This document shows positions 9,159-18,561 of a stretch of 28,044 nucleotides of DNA, piece by piece. The notes beneath the pieces are model-generated. The model ran no database searches, was not told the origin of the DNA, and worked only from the letters and a program-made list of their open reading frames with translations. Position numbers and translations under genes: made by a program. Origin of the DNA: a bacterium (GTDB taxonomy: Bacteria > SAR324 > NAC60-12); the NCBI GenBank assembly GCA_965233585.1, contig CBDDTI010000077.1, forward strand, positions 1 to 28,044, read 5' to 3'. How positions within the stretch are numbered: the stretch's first letter is position 1; each line of letters begins with the position of its first letter.

Positions 9159-12100
9159 ATGGATTTTATAGAAATTCCGCGAAATTTAAAAAGATCTAAC
9201 TGCTTGGAATGGAATACTCGATATGATAAATTCAACTTTCTTTATCTGTACATTAGACATCTTTTTCCAGAAACTGCTTCCATTACAGATTTTCGTCAAA
9301 TGCCAGTAAAATATCTTAAAAAATTTAACATAAAAGGTTTTACGTTTCCTCTTCAATTTTGTGACATAAAAAAATTTTTGTATAGAAATCGTCATTTACC
9401 AATTTCAATTTCCGTACTTTATGAGAGTGAAGGCCACGTTTCAAAGTTAGGGTTTATTACTAACAAAAACAACGATAGGAGAGAAAATACTCTCCATTTG
9501 TTAATGATAAAACACGATCCTAAAATCTCTTCCGATAAAATTTCTAGTAATTCCCGCCCCAAAAAATCGAGTTTTCCTTCCAAGTTTCCTAAAAAAATCA
9601 AAGATTTAAATCAACAGCATCATTTCTTTAAAATTACAAAACTCCAAGGTTTTTTGAATAATCGGGCCGGACTGTTGTCGTTTAACAAAGCGGGTCAACA
9701 GAAGTACATTCACTGTGAAAAATGTCTGCTGCGTTTCCGATCAAAATCCAAGAAAGAAAAGCATGAGCGGATTTGCTACGATAAGCAACGCACCATTTAT
9801 CCCGGCAAAAATGCTGCTATAAGTTTTTCTAACCACAAACATAAGTTTAAAGCGCCTGTTGTGGGATTTTGTGATTTTGAAAGTGTACTTCAAAGAAACA
9901 AGGAACGATCTAAATGTCGACTTTGTTCTAAATTGGAATGCTTATGTGCTTTTCCCACAAGTGACGATATAAATGTGCATAGACCGGTAGGCTACAGCCT
10001 GATTTTTGTGGACTCCGAAAATGAAGTATTTTTTCAAGAAGAATATTTAGGAGAGGATGCGGCTAAACGTTTTTTGGATCGGATACCTCTCTACGAAAAA
10101 GTTGTTGAAGAAAGAAAACAAAAATTTAGAGATGTTCTCAAAACTCAAGCCACCCAGGAGGAATGGCAAATGTTTCGAAAAGCAACCGTTTGTCACATAT
10201 GCGGTCTTCGATTTGCTACCCATCCTAAAAAGTATAGAAAGGTTTTGGATCACGATCATGTCACAGGAAAAATAATGGGTGCGGCTCATTCGCTGTGCAA
10301 TTTGACAAGATCCGGACCCTATCATACGCCAATTTTTTTTCACAACGCTCAAGGGTAAAATTTTTTATTTATTTTATTTTTTCCAATCAATTTTACAAAT
10401 TAAACGTTTCAGATACGATTTGCATCTGATCATAGAAGAGTTAAACATTCGCCGATTCAAGAGAATGCCGGAAGTCTTGGCTAGAAACAGCGAGAAATTC
10501 CGCACTCTTACATTAGGCAGATTCAAAATTCAGGATTCATTAGAGCACATATCTGCCAGCTTAGACGCTCTTGTCCAAGATTTAAATCAAACTTCAAACT
10601 TTTCTTTCCCTATTTTACAACAGATGGAAAGATTCAAAAAAATTCCTATCCGTCAAAAATCAAAAGCTTTTAAACTTTTAAAAAGAAAAGGCATTTTTTG
10701 TTACGAGCATTTTCAATCATTACAAGAAATGAAAAAGAGTCGAAACCTTCCAACCAAAGATGCTTTTTATTCTGAATTAAATGAAGAACACATCTCAGAA
10801 ACGGATTATTCTCATGCGCAAGAAGTCTTCAAACTGTTCAAGTGCAAGAATGTGGCGGATTACATGATGCTTTATTGTTCTTTGGATGTTATCCTGCTAT
10901 GTGAAGCGTTTCTTCAATACCGAAAAATGGTTATGGAACATTTTCAATTGGATCCAATCTATTACTTAGGTAAATTTCTTTTCTGTTGCTTGTCATATAA
11001 AGTTTAAATATGAAATTTATTTCGTTTAATTTAGGAATTCCTGGACTAAGTTTTGATGTTATGCTTATGTTCTATCAAAACTCTGAACGAGCTACAACAA
11101 CAAAAGATAACCTCGCGGGTGAATCTTCCAAACCTCTAGGATCTCTGGATATCTATTCCGATCCTGAAATGGAGCACTTTTTCACAAAGGGTATCAGAGG
11201 CGGACAAAGCTTTATCTCTCAACGTTATGCAAAAGGAAACAGCAATCCGAGAAAAAGTGGCGATCATTTACTTTACATTGACGGTAATTTTATACTGCAT
11301 CGTTTGATTAATCTATTTATTTTAAATCGGTGACTTTTTAGCAAACAACTTGTACGGGAGCATGGAAACTTTAAAATTGCCAGTTTCTAATTTCGAGTGG
11401 GTTGCAAAAAAAGATCTTGAAAAATGGACTGCCAAAGATATTATCAAGATTCCTTCTCAAGACGAGACCGGCTACGCATTTGAAGTTGATTTGCATTATC
11501 CTCCTCATCTTCACCCGGTAAATCTGATCTTTTTAACACGTTTTGCATTTTGATAAACGGTAAAATATTTACAGACACATGATCAATTTCCGCTGGCTCC
11601 GTATACAGACACGGTTTCTTACAAACATCTGTCTCCTTATAATCGTCGTTTACTAAAACATCTTAACCCTCGAGATTATAAGAACAAAAGATACCGAAGC
11701 AAGAAACTGTTGAGCACTTTTTATGATCGAAAAAAGTACGTGGTGCATCTGGAAAATCTACAATATTATTTGAAAAAAGGCATGAAACTGTTGAGGATAA
11801 GAAGAGCCGTGAAGTTTCGGCAAAAAGCTTTTTTAAAAGAGTTTATTGAAAAGGTCACGATGCTACGATCAAACGCTCGCAACGATTTTGAACTTCGGCT
11901 TTTTAAGCTTTTTGCCAACTCTACTTTTGGAAAGTTTATCGGTAAGTAAATACTCAGATTTAAGATCTTTTTTGTATTTTTATATTTGCACAAGCGTGTG
12001 GTGGTACTGCCAATATTTAGTGCAAAATGTATTGGCAGTACACACCACACGCTCATCCGCATCTTCAATGTCGTTGTCGGGGGGCGCGTGAATCTCAGCC

Positions 12101-14086
12101 TCCACGGTGATGACCTCCCCGTCAAAATCCGCCATCCGGTTTTCCGCCGCCCGGATTTTGGCCAGACGGACAATCTCCGTTGCCCGACGTCTGGCGGCAA
12201 AAGATCTGTCGTCAGCGGGGATTCTGATGGGGATGGGGGCCTCGATGGGGTTGTCAGCGGGAATCTCGATGGGAAACTCGATAAACGCCTCGGTGGGCGC
12301 CTCGGTGGGGACGTTGGAGGAAATTTCGTTGGTGGGGGCCTCGATGAGCATCTCGATGGGGGACTCGGTGGGAGCTTCGATGAGCGCCTCGGTGGGGACG
12401 GGGACCTCAATTAGCACCTCGGTGGGGATGTTGGAGGAAATTTCGTTGGTGGGGGCCTCGATGAGCATTTCGATGGGGGATTCGGTGGGAGCTTCGATAA
12501 GCGCCTCGGTGAGAACGTTAGAGGGAATTTCGGTGGTGGGGACCTCGATGAGCATTTCGATGAGGGATTCGGTGGGAGCTTCGATAAGCGCCTCGGTGGG
12601 AACGTTAGAGGGAATTTCGGTGGTGGGGACCTCGATGAGCATTTCGATGGGGGATTCGGTGGGAGCTTCGATAAGCGCCTCGGTGGGAACGTTAGAGGGA
12701 ATTTCGGCGGTGGGGACCTCGATGAGCGTCTCGATGGGGGACTCTGTGGGGACGTTGGTGGGGAGATCGACAAGAATGTCGGTGGGGACGTCAAATTCAA
12801 TAAAATTTTCGTTTTGAAGGCCTCGGACAGCGCGACCGCTGCCGCCACCGCCAGCGCCAGCGTCGCTGCCCTCTCTGTTGACGGCAAGCACAGCAACGCC
12901 AACAGAGAGGGCAACGGCAGCGGCGCTGGCGGTGGCGGAGGCGGCAGCAGACGGCGGAGCATCAAAAATGTCGGCCACGGCCGACCGGATCCGCCGGATC
13001 AGGCCCGGTTTCCGGTTCTTTTTCTCCTCCTTCTCCCCCTTCAGCAGCCACTGCTCATCGTCATCCTCCTCATCCTTCAACCTCATATATTCCCTCTTCA
13101 TCTTCATCATCATCATCATCATCACTGTCCTCTTTCTTCTTTTTTGTTGTGAAAGTTTGTTTTGAAAATTGCCACATGGTTTTAGGAAGTTTTTAAAAAA
13201 TAAATCTCCAAACTCCTACACACTTTATAATGAATTTTTATATAAAATGTTGTATTCTTTATAAAATATTTATTTAATTTTATATTTTTCAGAAAATGTT
13301 CGAAATTACATCGAAGTGGTCCTTTGTGGAGATGAAAAAAGTCTGAGGAAAGCCAGTCTTGGTCAACACATCAACAATTTTCAAATCATTAATGAGAATT
13401 TGGTGGCTGTCAACAAGAAGCCGGCAATGATAGAACTTAGAAAGCCTTTAGCCGTCGGATTTTCCATTCTAGAGTTGTCCAAGTTGTTTATGTACAGATC
13501 ATACTATGACACCATTCAAAAACATTTTGGCAAAAACAATGTATCTTTGTGTTTTTCGGACACGGATTCTTTTCTTTTAAAAGTAAAATGCAACAATTTG
13601 GAAAGGGAAATGGAGAGATTGAAACACATGTTTGATTTTTCAAAGTACCCTAAAGAACATCCACTTTTTGACGACAGTAAAGCCAATCAACTTTTTTATT
13701 TCAAAGATGAATTAAAAGGTAGAGCGGCTATTACTGATTTTATAGGCTTACGTCCAAAATGTTATTCTATGAAAATAGTTGATTTTTTGGACAAAAACAA
13801 AATTGATGAGAAAAAAGTATGCAAAGGTTTAAAAAAATCTAGCATAAAAAAGCAATTAACTTATGCAGATTACAAAAAGTGCTTAAAACAAACTGTTGTA
13901 ATTTACAAATCTTTTAAAAATTTAAGATCAAAGAATCACAAAATCCGAACGTGTTTTCAAAGAAAAATTGCGTTGTCGGCAATGGATTCAAAAAGATATG
14001 TTTTAAATTGTGGATGTCACACTTTATCGCTAGGAAATTGCCTTATTGTTAACAACAAAATGTCTAAATGCCGAATTTGTAAATAA
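9159..14086 (+). CDS. polB: Protein-primed family B DNA polymerase, 1112 aa; exons 9159-10354, 10413-10969, 11035-11283, 11342-11517, 11575-11941, 13293-14086
   Basis: Splicing five GT-AG introns restores ExoII HNAQGYD, PGLSFD, motif A YIDANNLYG, HDQFPLAP and motif B KLFANSTFGKFIENVR. ExoI CDFES, ExoIII YCSLDV, motif C SDTDS and an Endo VII/HNH-like insert (CHIC...DHDHVTG...AHSLCN) are also present. Confidence 0.95.
11980..13122 (-). CDS. Nested antisense gene in polB intron 5: putative type II membrane protein with acidic Pro/Thr/Glu repeat stalk (start Met uncertain)
   Basis: About 380-codon ORF filling most of the 1351 bp intron. Hydrophobic AAAVALSVGVAVLAV segment, 29 aa repeats, TATA-like TATATAAAAA on the minus strand near 13235-13244. 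Confidence 0.65.
   Translation of the reverse strand: MMMMMMKMKREYMRLKDEEDDDEQWLLKGEKEEKKNRKPGLIRRIRSAVADIFDAPPSAAASATASAAAVALSVGVAVLAVNREGSDAGAGGGGSGRAVRGLQNENFIEFDVPTDILVDLPTNVPTESPIETLIEVPTAEIPSNVPTEALIEAPTESPIEMLIEVPTTEIPSNVPTEALIEAPTESLIEMLIEVPTTEIPSNVLTEALIEAPTESPIEMLIEAPTNEISSNIPTEVLIEVPVPTEALIEAPTESPIEMLIEAPTNEISSNVPTEAPTEAFIEFPIEIPADNPIEAPIPIRIPADDRSFAARRRATEIVRLAKIRAAENRMADFDGEVITVEAEIHAPPDNDIEDADERVVCTANTFCTKYWQYHHTLVQI
12270..12790. repeat. 87 bp tandem repeat (29 aa unit PTEALIEAPTESPIEMLIEVPTTEIPSNV on the minus strand)
   Basis: CCTCGATGAGC(A/G)T recurs at ~12456, 12543, 12630 and 12717, with degenerate copies on each side. Confidence 0.9.
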
Positions 14087-14144
14087 AAATCATTACTTTT
14101 ATTTAAAAGAAAATTTTGTAGTTTCTTTTTTAAAATTAAAAAAA

Positions 14145-14840
14145 ATGAACGGTTTTGATTTGAGGTTTAATATTCCGTCTAACATGTTGGTTGTCGGTCC
14201 AACATCAAGCGGAAAAACAACGTGGTTAAAACATTTAGTGCTTCGTCGACACGAGTATTTTGCAACTCCGCCTGAAACAATGTTGTTGTTTTACAAGGAG
14301 CCGCAAAAAGCATATCAGTACATGGAAGATGACATGAACGAGGGCAAAGGTTCTGACACGCAATTTCCGTCTTTTCGTAAATTCAAAAATATTCCAAATT
14401 CAATCGAAGAGTTGAAAGATATTTTAGAATTATATCCGAGAAAAATGCCCAAATTGATTGTTTTTGACGATTATTTAGACGATGTTGGGCAAATATTAAA
14501 ACATTTTTTTACGGTTTTGACTCATCATTACAATTGTTTCACCGTTTTTCTTTGTCAAAATTTATTTGACAAAAAAGGTGATTTACGGACATTGAGCATA
14601 AATACGCAATACATGATCCTTTTTAACAATCCACGGGACAGAAGCGCCATCACACATTTGGCAAAACAAATTTTTCCCGGTCGTGTTGGAATTTTAAATA
14701 AGGCATATAGAGAAGCAGTTAACGGCCGAAGTCACGGATATCTTCTTCTAGATTTCCATCAACAGCAAGACGATAAAGTCAGAATTCGAAGTAACATCTT
14801 TTCTTATGAAGGATTAATGAAAGCCTACGTTACTGTTTAA
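14145..14840 (+). CDS. Genome-packaging ATPase (FtsK-HerA/A32-like)
   Basis: Walker A GPTSSGKT, Walker B LIVFDD, THHYN, CQNLF, NNPRD, GYLLLD; first ATG at 14145. Confidence 0.95.
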   Translation: MNGFDLRFNIPSNMLVVGPTSSGKTTWLKHLVLRRHEYFATPPETMLLFYKEPQKAYQYMEDDMNEGKGSDTQFPSFRKFKNIPNSIEELKDILELYPRKMPKLIVFDDYLDDVGQILKHFFTVLTHHYNCFTVFLCQNLFDKKGDLRTLSINTQYMILFNNPRDRSAITHLAKQIFPGRVGILNKAYREAVNGRSHGYLLLDFHQQQDDKVRIRSNIFSYEGLMKAYVTV

Positions 14841-14885
14841 AATTTCATATCTATTTAAGAAAAATTAAAAACAATTACTGTTAAA

Positions 14886-15260
14886 ATGTCAAAAAAATTA
14901 GAAAAAGCTAGTTCGCTTTTTAATGCAATAAAAAAATTAAAACATCAAGATTGCGCAAATTTTTTAAATTATTTGGACGATCGCGGCGTTGAATTGCTTT
15001 GTCGTATTTTACATTACGTTTTGAACGGTGAATTGCCCTTACATGGCGAAGTGCGAACACGACTTCAGAAAAAAATAAGAGCTCATTTAGGGGAGTTTAG
15101 ACGTCTTGCCACGCCGCCTCGTCGCTCTTCCGACATTTCAAAAAAAAGAACAATACTACAAAGGGGCGGAATTTTAGGAACTTTATCAACAATTGCCAGC
15201 ATTATCGTCCCTATTTTAGCTCAAATTATTGCAAAAAAGAGCTTGCAACGTCGTCGTTAA
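14886..15260 (+). CDS. Conserved small Maverick virion protein with putative protease site and C-terminal amphipathic peptide
   Basis: LQRGG followed by ILGTLSTIASIIVPILAQIIAKK; lies directly downstream of the ATPase. Confidence 0.75.
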   Translation: MSKKLEKASSLFNAIKKLKHQDCANFLNYLDDRGVELLCRILHYVLNGELPLHGEVRTRLQKKIRAHLGEFRRLATPPRRSSDISKKRTILQRGGILGTLSTIASIIVPILAQIIAKKSLQRRR

Positions 15261-15263
15261 AGG

Positions 15264-16109
15264 ATGAGTTCAGGCGTGAAAAGAAAAACAAATGACGAAA
15301 TATACTCAATGTTTTTAGTCCCTAAAAGACTATATCATTCTTTAATAAAAAATATAGAAGATAATGAAACAAAAAAAGAACTTATTTCTATGAATGAAAA
15401 ACCAAATACAACCAATTACATTGAAAATGCCATTAATTTTAAAAATTTACAAGACAGGCAAAAAATGAATCAAAGCGGCGATAAATTGTATCGTTTTGGT
15501 TCTGATAATATATCGAATGTTATGCCGCCAGTACAAATCGATAGCAGTGCAGGTCGCACGTACCAATCTATTTCAAGATCAACAACCGCTCAAACTCCCC
15601 AACAAAAAGAAAATACCGCTCAGTTTTCACCCACTACTCCCGTTATGGAAAGAGAACCCGATCCAGACTTGTTTTATACTGCTTCAAAACCAAAAAGCAA
15701 GGACGATACTTCAACTCCTGACGTGCCAGAATGGCGAAATTCGCCTGTTATAAAGGCATTGACACAAAAAAATTCAGACGGCAAAATAGTTTGTCCCTTT
15801 AGCGCATGCGGGAAGCAGTATGTTGACGATGCGCAATTCGGCAAACACCTTGTAAGAGATCATATGAAAGAATTGTCTATATTTGACACAGAAAAAATCG
15901 GTAAAGATATAGCCTCGGTCTCTTCACAAGCATCAAAGTCCCCTTCGGCTTCAATATCATCCCTCAAAACAGGATCAGGAGGTGCAAAAAAGAAAACTTT
16001 TACTATTTCTCCTGTACAAACTAGATCTAAATCAAAAAAACTTTCAAAAACTGATGCAGATGCTGTTAAAAAAAAATTACTTTTTCCGGGAAAATACCCA
16101 AAATTATAA
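15264..16109 (+). CDS. Hypothetical protein with one C2H2 zinc finger and basic tail (281 aa)
   Basis: N-terminal MFLVPK; finger CPFSACGKQY...FGKHLVRDH; tightly packed after the previous ORF. Confidence 0.75.
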   Translation: MSSGVKRKTNDEIYSMFLVPKRLYHSLIKNIEDNETKKELISMNEKPNTTNYIENAINFKNLQDRQKMNQSGDKLYRFGSDNISNVMPPVQIDSSAGRTYQSISRSTTAQTPQQKENTAQFSPTTPVMEREPDPDLFYTASKPKSKDDTSTPDVPEWRNSPVIKALTQKNSDGKIVCPFSACGKQYVDDAQFGKHLVRDHMKELSIFDTEKIGKDIASVSSQASKSPSASISSLKTGSGGAKKKTFTISPVQTRSKSKKLSKTDADAVKKKLLFPGKYPKL

Positions 16110-16126
16110 TAAAAGTAAAATATATA

Positions 16127-16609
16127 TCATCGTTTATTTTCAAGTTTTTTTATAAAATGAGTTACAATTTCATCATTTTTTATTTTGGGTTTTTTTACAA
16201 ATATTTTAACAAATTGTTGAGGAGACATTAAATTGTTGCCCACGGATAAACAAAAAGCGGTCACGTACCAGCCGCAAAACAATGAATGAAAATCCTGAAT
16301 GGAGTAAGACAGAATTGTTTTGAATGAGTTTTTTTCTATCCAAGGTCGTAAAAACTTCATTAAAGATCGATTCCATATCGGCGGTAAAAAACCGAATGAA
16401 TCAAAATAATAGAGTTGATTTTTTCCGTTAATATACATCGCTATGAAATGTGATCCTTTTTGATTTTTTTTGGATAAGTTAGTGATTAAGCAACAAGGCA
16501 ACTTAAGCGAATTAGACGGCAAATTATCGCTTGAAAAAACCCCGATGAAATATTTACATCTTGGTTGAATATAATTGGATAAAAAGATATTTGATAATCC
16601 GTTTTCCAT
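16127..16609 (-). CDS. Adenain-like cysteine maturation protease
   Basis: GVFSSD, GSHFIAMY (His), YFDSFG (Asp), IQDFHSLFCGWY (Gln, Cys). Confidence 0.95.
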   Translation of the reverse strand: MENGLSNIFLSNYIQPRCKYFIGVFSSDNLPSNSLKLPCCLITNLSKKNQKGSHFIAMYINGKNQLYYFDSFGFLPPIWNRSLMKFLRPWIEKNSFKTILSYSIQDFHSLFCGWYVTAFCLSVGNNLMSPQQFVKIFVKKPKIKNDEIVTHFIKKLENKR

Positions 16610-16612
16610 GAT

Positions 16613-17956
16613 TTAATTTGTTCCTTTTATAACTTGTTGGAATTGATCTATTTTGATGCCGGAGTTGAAAACAGAAAAAGCCAGAACGTATATAGGATGA
16701 GGAGTTATTACGGAAAAAGCCAATTCTAAATCTAAATTTCCGTAATTTTCTGGATGCACGTGGAACGAATTACATTGATCCGGTGTTAAATCGGCCGCTA
16801 GAAAAAATCTTCCTTTTAAATATTGTTCATACGTTAAACCGATGGATTGATTGCCGTGCGAAATGCCAATACTGTCGTATAAATGCCGATACAAGTCAAT
16901 GGCATCCCCCTCGTTTATATTAGGTTGAAATGGTCTGGGAAATACGCATTGACCGTTCTTTTTTAAATTAAAAGTAGACAGATTAAAATGTTGAAAGTTG
17001 AAAGGGTTTTTGTCCGGGGCGTGTGACATGGCTTGATTGTGAACCATCACAAAAAACACTTGTTTCGGTAAAGTACCATTAGCGATATTAGCGATGTTGA
17101 AGGACGACACACCTTGAGGAATAACATAATGTCTTAAACGTGTAGCGCTAAAAGGTAGGTAGCACGGTTCTTTTAAAAGTTTGTTTTTAAAACTTTCTCG
17201 CAGCAATAATGTGGGCAACACTTTTCTCATATGTAGTTTAACATCTTTTAAAACAATTTTAAAAGGTTTTTCTGCCGCAGCATCTTGAAGCAAACCAAAC
17301 TTTTCAGCGGATCTAACCAGCTTGATTTTGATATCCACATTTGGGGGTAAAAATCTGTCGGTGTCAAACAGATCAACGGCTAAGCGCGTATTAAAATACA
17401 CTTTTTTACCGTCCATAATTAACTGCTTTCTTTTATTCAAAGAAGGTGTGGCGGCTGTAAGATTTATGGTATCAACTTCGTCAGCATTTTCGGGATAATA
17501 CCCTTCAGCAGCCAGATAAGTTTTTTTCACCTCTGAATTGTAACTTAAAAATGATTGTATGAACATTCTCCAAGGATAAGTGACCGCTGAACTTAAATCA
17601 GCTACTTGGACCCCGTTTAAATATACTTCTACTTGGCTGAATAAACAAGCGGCAAAATGATTAGCCAGTGTGACTTTAGTATCATTTTTTACCTGTTCGC
17701 CATCGTCATTTGTCACTACAAAATAGCCGCTAAGTCTGGTTTGATTCAGTATAAAAGAGCATTCGTTATCGCGAGGAACAAGAAATTCGACCGGTCCGGT
17801 ATTGGTGATAGAAGCCACGCTATTGTAAATAACGTGAGCTCCATCTAATAAACCCGTTTCTACTTCTAACGGTGAGTGAAGCGCTAAACCACTTTCGGTG
17901 CCGTCGTTTTGTTCAACGGCCAATCCGGCAATTCCACTTTTTTCAGGTACGCCCAT
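16613..17956 (-). CDS. Major capsid protein (double jelly-roll, Maverick PY), 447 aa
   Basis: GPVEF, LFSQVEVYLNG, RFLPPNVDIKIKLVR, LPKQVFFVMV, NPFNFQHFNL, YRHLY and DLTPD motifs. Likely start is MGVPEK at 17956; the upstream extension overlaps the TBP-like gene. Confidence 0.92.
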   Translation of the reverse strand: MGVPEKSGIAGLAVEQNDGTESGLALHSPLEVETGLLDGAHVIYNSVASITNTGPVEFLVPRDNECSFILNQTRLSGYFVVTNDDGEQVKNDTKVTLANHFAACLFSQVEVYLNGVQVADLSSAVTYPWRMFIQSFLSYNSEVKKTYLAAEGYYPENADEVDTINLTAATPSLNKRKQLIMDGKKVYFNTRLAVDLFDTDRFLPPNVDIKIKLVRSAEKFGLLQDAAAEKPFKIVLKDVKLHMRKVLPTLLLRESFKNKLLKEPCYLPFSATRLRHYVIPQGVSSFNIANIANGTLPKQVFFVMVHNQAMSHAPDKNPFNFQHFNLSTFNLKKNGQCVFPRPFQPNINEGDAIDLYRHLYDSIGISHGNQSIGLTYEQYLKGRFFLAADLTPDQCNSFHVHPENYGNLDLELAFSVITPHPIYVLAFSVFNSGIKIDQFQQVIKGTN

Positions 17957-17962
17957 AACAAA

Positions 17963-18505
17963 ATGGAAGTGTTGGTCAGCAATGTAAAAATTAGTTGTAA
18001 AGTTCATCTTATCAACAGCGACGAAATCTCTTTTAATACTGATAATACAATAAAACGTTATAATAATTTTGTTGTAATAAGAAAAAAATATTCCTTTATT
18101 ATATTTACCAAAACAAAGCAAAATCGTCATTTTCACGTAAACATTACAAAAATCCCCTCTACAGAACACATTGCGAAAGCATTAGACGAACTAAAATTTA
18201 TTATAAGTAACGAATTTGTTGTTGAAATATTTAAAGTAGAAAACATGACTTGTTTGTATCAATCAAAAGAAGAGATTAAATTATTAAAATTATACAACCA
18301 TTTAAAATCGAATAAAGATTTTGAAATTATTCTTAAGAGATATGATCCAGAAAAATTCCCAGGCGTATTTTTAAAAATAAAAAAATGTTCAGCTTTAATA
18401 TTTTCGTCAGGAAAAATAGTTATAATTGGAGCCTCCAGCGAAGAAGATGCTAAACAAGGAATAAAAATTATTATTAAATTATTAAAAAAATATAAAATTG
18501 AATGA
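17963..18505 (+). CDS. TBP: TATA-binding-protein-like factor (180 aa)
   Basis: Two-repeat architecture: VSNVK...NNFVVIR...FIIF and VENMT...YDPEKFPGVFLK...ALIFSSGKIVIIGA. Confidence 0.9.
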   Translation: MEVLVSNVKISCKVHLINSDEISFNTDNTIKRYNNFVVIRKKYSFIIFTKTKQNRHFHVNITKIPSTEHIAKALDELKFIISNEFVVEIFKVENMTCLYQSKEEIKLLKLYNHLKSNKDFEIILKRYDPEKFPGVFLKIKKCSALIFSSGKIVIIGASSEEDAKQGIKIIIKLLKKYKIE

Positions 18506-18561
18506 TGTGAATAATGTTTATTTAGTCGAGTTTTGATATCTATACAATAAACATTGAAATC

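Noticed and set aside
10420..11949. polB as a fragmented pseudogene
   Set aside because: Every break is explained by a canonical GT-AG intron that restores frame and motifs.
11766..13165. Alternative overlapping ORFs across the 87 bp repeat
   Set aside because: By-products of a GC-rich repeat with period divisible by 3; only the 11980-13122 frame spans the whole insert.
17957..18169. 71 aa N-terminal extension of the capsid ORF
   Set aside because: Non-ATG start, antisense to the TBP-like gene; capsid-like sequence begins after MGVPEK.
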